A stretch of DNA of 61,035 bases, counting the filler, from Sphacelaria rigidula (taxonomy: Eukaryota): assembly GCA_964200075.2 (NCBI GenBank). It is 4 parts of 4 records of this genome, joined end to end, with 100 filler letters (N's around TTAATTAATTAA, not from the genome) between each part and the next. Parts side by side here need not be neighbours in the genome. Positions count along the whole stretch, not along the records: positions 15,290 to 30,472 come from CAXNAA020001873.1; positions 30,573 to 45,755 come from CAXNAA020001874.1; 2 more parts are not named here. One strand, written 5' to 3'. The notes beneath the pieces were generated by a model. The model searched no databases. It was not told the DNA's origin and saw only the letters and a program-made list of their open reading frames with translations. This document shows positions 24,229 through 35,300 of the stretch, in pieces. Position 1 is the first letter of the stretch; the number at the start of each line of letters is the position of its first letter. The position numbers and the translations under genes are program-made.

Positions 24229-27200
24229 TTGATTTATTTGAGTGATTGTCGCACTTTGACTGATCCCCCAGGGGTCCAGCGGTGATCGCATGATAGACGT
24301 ACCGAAGAAAAGTTGGGACAGAAAAAGTCGAACAGAACGACAATGTAGGCTAAGACGTAAAAAAAGAGAAAATAATAAAAGTCAACAATAGTAAAGCACA
24401 GGAAGAAACGGCCGGCCTAAAATAAAAAAAAGGAAAGAAGAGAGCAAAAAAAATGAGATATAATGATTAATAAAAAGAGAAAGCCCAAGGGATCCAGGGC
24501 AGTAGAGTAGATACAGACACACACCAGTGGGCACCGCCGAGCCACCGACTAAGGGCATAATCAACAACCGACATGAGCAGACAGGATTCTTCAATTGGCG
24601 GCCCTCGACGCAGCAGCCAATCGCTTGTGACGGCGGTCTGATTCTCGTTTGTCCGCGCGTCGACACGTGTCCTCAAACTCCTCCGTTCCTTTTTCGACTC
24701 CAAGATGCCATTTGCCCATGTTCTCTGCCGCAGTGACCCAATCGTATGAATCGTTAACCTCTACACCGTAGACGAACCATCTTCGTCGGGCTCCTTTGTG
24801 CGGGACAGCCTCTAGCACACGTATGTTCTCCTGGAGGGCATCCTTCCATTACTTGGAAGGTCGGCCGGCCTCCTTGGGTCCTCGTGTGGAAAGCCGACCA
24901 TTCCTGACGCGCGTAGGAAGGCGTGTGTCCCTCTCCCGGACAAGGGATCCCGCGAACCAGAGTTGATGTTTGCCGATAGTCGTCTGGATATGTTCGTAGT
25001 TAGTCATCTCGAGCACCGCTCTGTACGAAAGAGTCTTGTAACCATTTCAACCTTTCCTGTGGAACCCGACCACTCGCAGCAAGAGGTTGTGATGGGCAGT
25101 CCACAGACTGTTGAAGTCCTCAGAACGTAGCGTCCACGTGGCACATCCATGCAGCGGAGCTTCTACCACCTCCGCTTTAAACAGTCGGAAATTTCAAGGA
25201 TAGCTCGGCGTTCAGTCGGTCGTGGAGTTGGGAGATATATTTTTGGATATGCGCCCACGCCGCGCTGATGCGGCGGTTGATTTCGATGGACAGTTTCGCA
25301 TCCGCGCTGGTAGCTCCACCAAGGTAGATGAACTTCCCCGTCTGCTTATACCGTTGATCGGCAGCTTTGATATCCAGGGCGGCCTCCGTAGAACTGGGTA
25401 CTGACCGAAGGCGCATGGACTCTGTATTGTTCTCGGAGATTATCAGGCCGAATTCCTGGCGGGTCATCACTATCGCGGCCATCACTCGAGCAGGACCTTC
25501 CAAGGTCCTCGAGGCTCTGCCGGCGTCGTCCGCACAAATCGTTGCTCACACCGCGCGTCCCACCTTTTCCAGCGTTGTCTCTTCCACGGGTTCACCACCG
25601 TCACCTTTTGGCGCATCATCTAGAAAGACCACGTCTGAGACGATGACTGGGTCCGCCGCAAACCGCTCAACGATCACTTCCACCAAGTCTGCTCGGCAGA
25701 TGTTGAACAACAGCTGAGACGAAACGCAACCTTGTCTGAGTCCATAGCAGACGTGGAACCACGTTGATAGTTCGCCACTATCTTGCTGTACCCGAGCTCG
25801 TATGCCATCGTGAAACATACGGCTGAGCGTGATCATTTGCGACGGGACTCCGACCCGAGCAAGCACTTCCCACAGTAGCGTGCGGTCAACGGAATCGTAG
25901 GCTTTCTAGAGATCGGTAAATCACAGGTTTATCGGAATGTTTCTAGCTCGTCCCAACTCCTGGAGTCGGCGTACGACGAACATCATGTCTGTGGTCGATC
26001 TTCGGCGCCTAAATCCACACTACTCTTCCGGGAAGACATCTGTTTTCTCACAAAAATCACCGAGACTGTTAGCTACGATGTCGAGGAGGACTTTAGCAGT
26101 ATGTGCCACAACTGAAATGCCTCTGTAGTAACTACACCGGGTTCTATCTTGTTTTTTGTGTAACACTTTGATGGTGACATATTTCCATTCTTGCGGCACC
26201 TCGCCAGATGTCCAAACCGCAGAGACGATGCCGTGGAAGTGGTACAGAATGTCCGACGCCTCTCCGTTCAGCCCAAGCTTCAGGATTTCAGCAGGAATAC
26301 CATCCGAACCGGTGGCTGTGCCGTTCGACATAGCTCTCAGAACCTCCTCAGTTTTACTTGGGCTTGGTGGGTTTCCTCGTGACAGCGCCATTGGTCGTTC
26401 AGCAATCTTCTCGATGACGGTGCGGTCGATAGGTGCCGATATGACGTTCAGCAATGTAGAGAAGAACCGTTCCCATCTCCTACTGATCAATCCTTTGTCC
26501 CGCCGTAAATTGCTGTCCTCATTTCGAATGTACTGTTCACTCTCGATTGGTCGTCCAGGCAGTCTCCACCCTCGGTTGAGATGCCTGTCCCATCCTCTCA
26601 TGTCCCCGCTCGAGTATACTCTTCTAGTTCTCTGGCGTACACATCCATATATTTGTCCACCCCAACTTGGGTCACCTCTTCGATCTTTTTGCATGCTGCT
26701 TGCAATATGCGCCATGCGGATTTTCTCGAGATGATCCCAGTCTCACCGTTGATCTCGCCCTTTCCCGCTCCATCCAGGTCTGTTCGAGTTCCGTTCTGAT
26801 TTCAGCATCCTCGAACTACCTCGGTATACGTGGCTTTCGGGTCAGACAGGGTACCATTTTTTCAGCGGCACTCAATAGTACGTCGGCAAAGTTTGTAGAT
26901 GGTGAACTGACTGTATCATCCGGCATACTCTGTTTGAGCTCGCTGATGATGAGCTGGGTGAGCTGCTCACGTCTGCCGGGGTCAAATACTATTGCTCGTC
27001 TGTCGTTCGATGTACGACAACTTGGGATTCGTCTAGGTCTGTTGTTTCCGAAGCGACCAAGGAGCCGCACTGACGCGCACACGATGTTGTGGTCAGAGTC
27101 CGGCGAGTTAGGGGGTTGGAGGTGGACGGTGACGTTGCGAACAAGACTGCGGTGATATTGCCGTGTGATGATGTGGTCAATGCGGTTTTGTCAGCGGGGC

Positions 27201-28366
27201 GATTCGCGACACCATTGAACGTCCGCGAGGTGTTTCTCTTGGGGGTGGAAAAGTTCGTGTCGACCAGGGACAGCCTGTTGTCGCCTGCAAATTGCATTAG
27301 ATATGTGCCATTACTGTCGTTGGATCGGGAGTCCCAGCCGTGTGCTCCTACAGTTTTAGATTTCTTCCCGCCTGTTCGCCCTCCAGTCCTCGTGTTAGCG
27401 TCCATTAAAATAAACAGGTGAAATCTGTGGGGGACATGGTTCACACCACGGTCTGACTCAGTCCAGAGCACATCTCTGTCTTCTCTTGACTGTAACGTAG
27501 CAGTATTTGATACACCCGTTAGATTGAAAACCATGGACATAAGAGGCACTCGCTGATGAGTGCCTGAGTCCACGTCGCCTTGCTGATGATCGACTCCTTG
27601 ACCGCCAACCCAACCCCATGTTGACCGGCCCTTCCCTTATCCCTGCCTGCCCCGTAACATAAGACACGATATCTGCAGCAAAATTAAAAATCGACCTGGT
27701 CTCCTGGTCTCCTGTATCCCGATAGCGTCACATCCGACTGCTTGATGTTTTTGCAGGACCACCTCAGCATGGCCAGCTCCGTTCTTCCCCGTGAGGGACA
27801 GTGTAAGGACGTTATAGGTAGCCGTTTTGAGCTCCCCACTGCGCGACCTAGCTGTCGCCTTCTTGGTCTGTTCCGCCTCCGAATTTTACAGGCGAGCTTT
27901 TTTCTGTTCCGATTTTTCTTTGGCACGTCTATCACGGTACTTTCCTTGCTTGTTGATCTCGCGGGGAGAGTGCACCCTTCCCATACCGCGTCGGCCGCTA
28001 TCTCCAGTTCGCCAAATCTGATACTTACTTACAAGTGTCTCATTTTCATCAACGTACTTTCCGTGACAGTGTCTCAATGGCGGGTGAAAAGCTGCAGCTG
28101 CGGGGCTCAACTCGGTTCCAATTCTAGGGTACAATTCCGAAGCTGCATTGTTGAGCGTAGACGTGGGCACTGTCGGCATCACCTACAGTACTACCTAGAC
28201 TGTGTGTTGCATTACCACTGACACGAAGCGCAGGCAAGCCAGTAGATCAAGATACCCTCCCCTACTTATTGGTTGTGTTGTCGATGCGGGGTTAGCCTAC
28301 CCCGATACAACCAACCCCAGACGGATCGCGGTCGGGGGGAAGGGAAGAGAGTTGCCATTATCGTCT
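24229..28366 (-). mobile_element. Near full-length, decayed RTE-clade-like LINE (APE endonuclease + reverse transcriptase, single ORF with stops and frameshifts)
   Basis: APE motifs: TYNVLTL, GIQETRR, LMDANTRTG, NGTYL..F..DN.L, DHIITR, DSDHNIV. RT motifs: YRGISVVAH, STTDMMFVVRRLQE, KAYDSVDR, GLRQGCVSS, CADD (from YADD), FIYLGG. No ORF1 is seen, and the short tandem-repeat (TCAA-like) 3' tail is typical of RTE elements. Confidence 0.9.
28257..28366 (-). ncRNA. Candidate degenerate HDV-like self-cleaving ribozyme at the LINE 5' end
   Basis: Helices occur in the HDV order: P1 AGACGAT/ATCCGTCT, P2 CTCTCTT/AGGGGAG, a CC-rich loop, GG after P1', and a P4 hairpin TTGGTTGT..ACAACCAA. P3 is imperfect and the catalytic C is not clearly present. 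Confidence 0.4.
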
Positions 28367-28559
28367 GCATTGATTGACTCGCACGGCCTCGACAAAAAAT
28401 GGCTACTTCCTCTCAGGCTAGCGCCAGCGGGAGTAAAGAATTTCATTTTGCAATAATTTTAAACGACGTTTGTTTTTTTCTTGGCCGTAGTTGTGTATTT
28501 TATGCCCGTTCACCATGATGACGAAGAAACAAAAAGAGACTCCTCTGAAATTGTTGGAA

Positions 28560-28821
28560 GAGTGCTGCTGCGATAGGGTCTGCACTTTTGGGGCCAAAAC
28601 CGGCCTGATTCAGGGGTTCCCAACAATTAGGAACCACACAAGAATACGGGTCAGGATATCCCCGTTTGCAAATTCATTCGGGATATCCCTAGCAAATTGG
28701 AAGAAAAACCCTGGCGTACTCTCACCTATTTCGAAAGTCGTGTTTTGGATCATGAGATAAAGGGTTCCTAACAACTGTACTCTCAGGCCGTAAAAGTGCT
28801 GACCCTATCGCAGCATCACTC
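28560..28821. mobile_element. MITE with 30-bp terminal inverted repeats
   Basis: GAGTGCTGCTGCGATAGGGTCTGCACTTTT versus reverse complement of 28792-28821 GAGTGATGCTGCGATAGGGTCAGCACTTTT (28/30 match). Confidence 0.75.
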
Positions 28822-28898
28822 CAAAATAAAATTTCAAACGCTCTCATATGGGTCGGCCTAAGTGTTCAGAAAAAACATTGAAAAACAGGGCACTTATC

Positions 28899-29175
28899 GT
28901 TACACATCATACTATTGTTACACATCACAAACATCACGTCACAAGGGCGTGAGGTGACGTGACGCATATTTTTTAAGACGTCACAACTGTTACGTGACGT
29001 GATACGACGCGACGTCTCGTTTAAAAATATTACGTGACGCGACGTGACATATTTTTTATTGAGGCGTCACATCAACGTATTTTGAAATGTTCTTGTGACG
29101 TTTGTGACGTTCATTTATACGTCACATTTTTGTGAAATTGTGGCGTATAAATGATTGTCACGAACGTCACACGCT
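28899..29175. repeat. Array of GTGACG/CGTCAC motifs in both orientations
   Basis: More than 15 exact or one-off copies within ~280 bp, separated by A/T runs. Confidence 0.7.
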
Positions 29176-30472
29176 TAACTTGTACTACAACTGGTGTGAC
29201 TCGTGGGCACATGCATGTACATACATGTACATACATGTGACAAATGACATGATACGATGCATGGGTTCAAGAAGAGTGTGCATACGTCATCATATCATGC
29301 ACGCGATATGTGCGCACGTTCAGCGCCCCAACATGCCCCGCCGCACCACACTCAACCATAGAACACGTGAATATCTGCAAACGTAGAAGCGACAACAAAA
29401 ACTTCGAAAGTACGGGTTTCGAATTTCCGAAATTCAAAGTTCGATAGCACAGATGGGGCGGGAGTGATGCGTATCGTAACACGTATGAAGCGACGAGATA
29501 CGGTAATGATGAGCGCGGCGCAGGGTGCCGCTCCAGAGCATGGCACATTTAAGAGAGAGAAAGTGGTGCAGCAGAGGGGCTGCTGGAGCAGCAGGGGGGG
29601 GGGGGGCGCTGCCTCTGGTCGCTCTGCGTCATCACGTGCCGCGCCTGCACGTGACGGCCCTGGATCCTCGCCTACATCCTCAATATCTGGGCGGTCGAGG
29701 TCCTCGCAAGGTGTGTTTCTCTATTCGAGCGGGTTTATGTAAGTTTTCGTATCTATTCTCTGCACAATGTAGCCATCATGTGTTGTTTTTACCTTGATAG
29801 AGTGCGCCCTGCGAACGCGGCTGGATTCGTAGCGGATCATCATTGAATGCGTGGTAGTACCAGAATAGAAGTGCATAAGCCCTGCTAGGTGAGCAATCAA
29901 TTGTAACAATACAAAATCAGATTGCTGTGTTTAGGTTTGCTACGAAATGCCCACCGACTACCAGGTAACACCAACTTATGATCTGTGCAGGATTTTGTAT
30001 GTATACATCATGGGGCCTGCGCGCATTAAATTATCTCCGTATCTTACTAGAGGAAAGCGCCTTATTAGGCCCACCTTAAGCCACGCCTGACGCCAATGGC
30101 TTGTTTGTCGGCAGTGTTTCGACTTCAACCGATACTTTGGTATCCAACGATAGCTTAGACTACTCTCCAACATCCAAAAATAAATAAATGAAAAACGGTG
30201 ATATGGAGAGCCGGTAGCGGCTCTGCGGCTCATGGTTCCTCCGCGCAGAAAAGTCTAAAAGCACGACTGCTGTCCTAGTAAGCACATTTTTGCGTATTAT
30301 GCGATCACCTGCGTTCTGGAACGTCTCAGGACCCAATACTTGGTATGCACATCATGTGTGTACTTGGCATCACTATCGAAAAAATAGCACAAAGCTCGAC
30401 TCAACGGTTGACAAGGGAAAGGGACTGCTGAACCCCTCTCGCGATAACAAATAAAGGCAAGCACCGCAGAAG

Positions 30473-30572
30473 NNNNNNNNNNNNNNNNNNNNNNNNNNNN
30501 NNNNNNNNNNNNNNNNTTAATTAATTAANNNNNNNNNNNNNNNNNNNNNNNNNNNNNNNNNNNNNNNNNNNN
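30473..30572. other. Artificial contig linker
   Basis: N44-TTAATTAATTAA-N44. Confidence 0.98.
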
Positions 30573-30690
30573 CTCCCCCCTGTTGGGCATAGTGTAAGAA
30601 AAAATCCCAGCGCGCTCCGGGAATCGAACCCCACAACTCAACCGTCAGCAGGTGAGGAGGTTACCAACTGAGCCACCCGGGCGACCGGCA
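30573..30690 (-). mobile_element. tRNA-derived SINE head / pseudo-tRNA, truncated by the contig end
   Basis: A box GTGGCTCAGTTGGT and B box GGTTCGATTCCC are at tRNA-like spacing, but the anticodon and acceptor arms are irregular. A T7 run follows. Confidence 0.65.
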
Positions 30691-32341
30691 GGTGGTGTAT
30701 GGAGAGAGACGGATCCAGTATGGATCACTGGGAAAACTTGCACAACAACAGTAATGTAAATGAGTCAGGGGGCACGGACCACGTTATACACGGTACGTCG
30801 TGATTGGGGGCGGTGCTCGTAACCAGGGACGGCCCGATCAGTGACGGTACTGAGGTTAACGGCCGGTTGAGCGGTAAAATTTGTTCCGAAAGGAGGTCTG
30901 GCACCTGCGGGGTGAATCTTGCAAGATCTTCATCTTGTCGATAGCATCGCTCCGTAGTGCAGACTCGCAGAATCATAATTCCGTCGCACCAGTACGCCCC
31001 GCTACACAATCCCGTGCATAGACCACGCCGATATTTTGAAGATTAGTGTGGCGCCCCACATCTACTGCCTTTCCGCATTTACACTTCACATCGTTCACCC
31101 CCCCTCCACCCCCCGCCCCCACGAATAGACAGACAAGACAGCGAGGTTATACTATTGTACATCAGATCTACCGTGACCCGCGCCTATGACGTGATGATAT
31201 CAAGAGGGGGGGCAGATGAGCCAACGATTGGGGGGGGGGGGAGGGAGGAGGGGGAAGGGGGAAGGGGGGGCTACATCTATTTCACGGGAGCTGATATCGG
31301 GGCACTGTGGATTCCTGTCTAGAAAGCATCCTGTCGTATCTTTTGCTTGAACGCCATCATGTTCATCACCGTAAGTCCGGTTGAAGGACCCGTCGTCACG
31401 AGTCAGCAAGTACCAGACCATTTTCGTCCACATATCCCTTATCTTCGCTACTGCAGACAGCATCATCCACACCTCAAGAGCTGGCGTATATTGCCAGGGT
31501 TAAAACCGATTAGACAGCATCGACTGTCCTCTTCTCCTACGTTCACACCTTATAGTAGTCTGTTGGGGTTGACTTGTCCTTTCGGGCACCGCTGGACTGC
31601 CAAACCGCTACAGCTAAAATCAGCAGTAAGAACCACCTGGCCGTTTTCTTGAGCGCCATGACGGCGACCGCCTCATTACTTGTGTATGTATGTTAGTAAT
31701 GCAATTCCCTAGCGAGATTGGCCGTCACACCCCACCACGAAACCCCAGCTGAGCCAAAGTAGACAGTAATCCTGTGGTGCGGACGCTTGTTGGCAGTAGA
31801 AACTGTTGCGGACAGACGACGTGTCTAATACTTAGTATGACACAAATATCTCTGAACTTTACTTGTGTGATCAGTTCCCGGCAGTCACTCATCAGAGTGT
31901 CGGTGTCAACACAGATAGTTCCGGGCACTATAGAGTATACACAACACAAACAGTCATGGCGGGTGAAGAAGTACAAAACTATTACAGTCCAACACTTTAT
32001 GTTGTTTTCGTCACCCTCTAGTTCATTTTACACCAGATCTTGACAATAAGATCATATTCCATATCAAGTATCCACGCTGCACGTCATCGCTTGGCGTATG
32101 ATGTAGGTGAAATCCAAAAGTTATGCATGACACATATATGTCATAACCTTCGGTGAAATCTGTCAAGGAATTCCCAGCAAGAAATCTTGACGTACGTCTA
32201 TATTCGTGGAGGCGTTCATCGATATTTCCAAAACGAGGACCCGTGCCCCCGTCACATCGTAGTGTTTGTCCTCTTCCGATGCCCCACGTGTCTTGTCGAG
32301 TGAGCTTATTAATTGCTGTATAACGAGGAAAATCATCAAAG

Positions 32342-35300
32342 GGTATAGCGTCCCTGAGCCTCGAAGTGATGGCGGAAATGGAAACTATCAGAAGGCGGCG
32401 GCGGGAGCGATTTAGGAACAGCAACAGCAACGGCAACCAAGCTAGCGTGCTAAGTGAACAGTCGCCAAGTGACGACTTGGTCACTAGTGCTGAGAAGGAC
32501 AGAAAGACCGAGGAGTGCGGAACAATGGGACGAGGCGCAGAGGAGCAGGCTACGGTTATCATACCAAGCGAGTTCGAGTGTATACTGTGTCTAAGGTGAT
32601 TAGATTCACGACTTGATGTTCACGTTAGGCATGTATCATCGCTGTTGAACCATTCGAGAAGGAGCATTTGTATCGGACTCACTGTAGTTGAATGTACTCA
32701 TATACATGATGAACCGATCAATTTCACCGTCGCGCATAGGTACATGGTGAACCTATAGACCTCGGTGATCGCGATTGCCTTCTCGGATAAGGCATGAAAT
32801 CTCAGGTAAACTGCAGGTATGCCTTTCACTTGTGTTCTTGAACGGTCAACGTCCCCCAGACAGTGAAGAACCACTCTTTTCGATAATAGGCGTGGAGTCC
32901 TATCCTGCGGCGTATTTCGTGGTTGACCGTACAGTCAGCACAGAGCACAACAGTACAGCACAGGAGAATGCATACTATCCTTCAGAAGTTTCCTCCCCTG
33001 CGGTTGTCGAAACAACGCGGACTCGGCGTGAGTTGCCTCATATCGAACAGCTCCTAAATATCAATCGCACCGAACAAGGAGAAGAGGATCAAGAAGATGG
33101 TAGATGGCAGGGTGAGGGATGAAAAGCTGTCCTGCTCAAGTTATTACGGATTTACTCCTCTCAGGTGGTCAACACACGTGCTGAGCGTGCAGCTCTGTGC
33201 GTATCGTGTCACTCGACGACGATCCGCGGTGTAACATAAATGTGCAGAACAAAGCACCTAGCGCAGACAATGATAACATGAGTGTCGATGCTATCCTCTT
33301 CTACGCCCAGAGACGCTGAAAAGACCTCTGGAGGTGTGTGCGTTAGGCGATGAACTTCAGTATGAGGCTCCTCGTTGTCCGTGCCGGATGCAGTCCCAGG
33401 CGAGGATAACACTCCTGATCGATCGGTGAATTCCGTTTTCGTACTCGCTTTAAGATGTCGATGTTTGATGTGCCCTGCAACAGAACAACACGGGAAGCAA
33501 ACCTGACAAATCAGTCATTGGGCTCAGTTGACGAGCTGGCGCGACAGCTGGCTCAATTTTCATGTGCGTCACCTGAGCTCGGCGGCTTGTGCCCCACCTG
33601 AGGAGAAACTCGAAGTCCCCTCGCCACGGCCCGTTCAAGTCGCAAGAGCTACTTTTGATATTGTTGTGGCTACCAACCGCACCTGTCATGCGGACAAGTC
33701 TGGTCTCTGAATTTCCCTCTTGAGTGCGAAGGACTGTCTGCTGTTGTGTTACTGCTTCTGTCTCATGTCAAATCGCTCGCAAAATTGGCTCCGCATCCTT
33801 GGTCAGTCGCCTACCTACATCGGCTTCAGCTCCTTGGAACTTCACGTGCATGTATCGTAGGCCTTCAAGCCATGGGCATATCCGGTCAGTCATGCTGGTG
33901 TGTTGAAGGCACCGAGGAACCTTGTGTGAACGTGAATATCTTCAATGTTGCCGCGTAGGAAGGTTCGCAACGATGCGGCCGCAGAACCACTTTGGGGCCG
34001 TGGCCTGTTTTTTTATTCAACCCTTGAACCGTGAGCGTCGCCTCGGAACAGTTTCACCACAGTCTAAGGACATCCGGGGTATCCACGGGGCGTCGGGTAT
34101 GGATTTCGACACTGGATGGGGGCCCGTTCGCAGAACAGCCGAAAAGCTCACCAAGTCAACCATGTGTGTTTGGATATTTTCCCACGAACAAGTGTAAGCC
34201 AGGAACGAGGCCCGAGAGGGGCGGAGTGACCATTCTGACCAATCACAACCAGCACCAGTATACACCGCTTGACCGGCTGGGCCAGACCCCGTTCTCCGAT
34301 GAAAGCAGCAACGCACAGCAAAGTTCGGATATACTGCACCGCTAGGCTTGCACTCGTCAGCATGACGCTGCTGCTGGCATCGGCGTCAGCACCCCCGGCC
34401 ACGGAAAGACACAACCAGCCATACTAAGATGGGGATATACTGATTCACGAGCATCGCAATGACCCACTGCGGTGGCAATGTACCACTCGCTGTCTACTTG
34501 TCTGCTTGCAGCTTCGATTCTCTGCTGCTATTTTATCCATCCCGGCGTCACTACAGGTGTGACTCGAGTCTGCGAGGGAATCACAAGCATTTTTCACTAC
34601 ATGATTCGCTGCGAAACGTCGCATTTCATTGGCGCTAGATTCCGCCGATTCCTCACTGAAGGGCCTCTGATTGGTTGATTTTCACATGTCACCACAATAA
34701 TCTATCCCCACTATGGGTGTTGTACCTGGTATTTCGATGATGTGGGGTACTGGCGTCGTCGGATTTCCGCTGATGATATTCATCAAAGACTCGGATCGCC
34801 TCGCGGCAGTTTCCCGTACACCTGTTGTAGAAAAGCTTCGATATGGGTGCTCCAAACGGGAAGAGAAAATTGACCAAGAGTATTTATTTAGAGCTTATCC
34901 GCCCTCCTACGGGTTGTGGGGGTCTCGGCGTGAAGACCCCGAGAAGCCGGTAAATAATGCCTCGGAATAAAAATGCAAATTTCATTACTCCCGAGGTGGT
35001 TCAGAAAACATTTGTGCATGTTATAGTTTCGCTGTCTAACTCGAAATATTCTTGTTCCGTTGAGTGCACGAGCATAGAGAAACAATGACCTCCCTGCCCT
35101 CAAAATTCGAATGGGTGGCAATTTTCATGTTACTTCTTGCCAGATAACGACTTCCTGCCATGTAAGGCTACGTGAGTATAAAAAAAACAGTGTCAAAGAA
35201 GCCGCTCTTTTATAACGGGCCAGAAAAACGTGAAAGATCGAAGCGTAGCGCGATCTGCGATTTGTTGAACGGGTATAAATGTGAACAATCTAGGCTAATG

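Noticed and set aside
30600..30690. Functional tRNA-Val
   Set aside because: The anticodon and acceptor arms are not canonical; treated as a SINE head.
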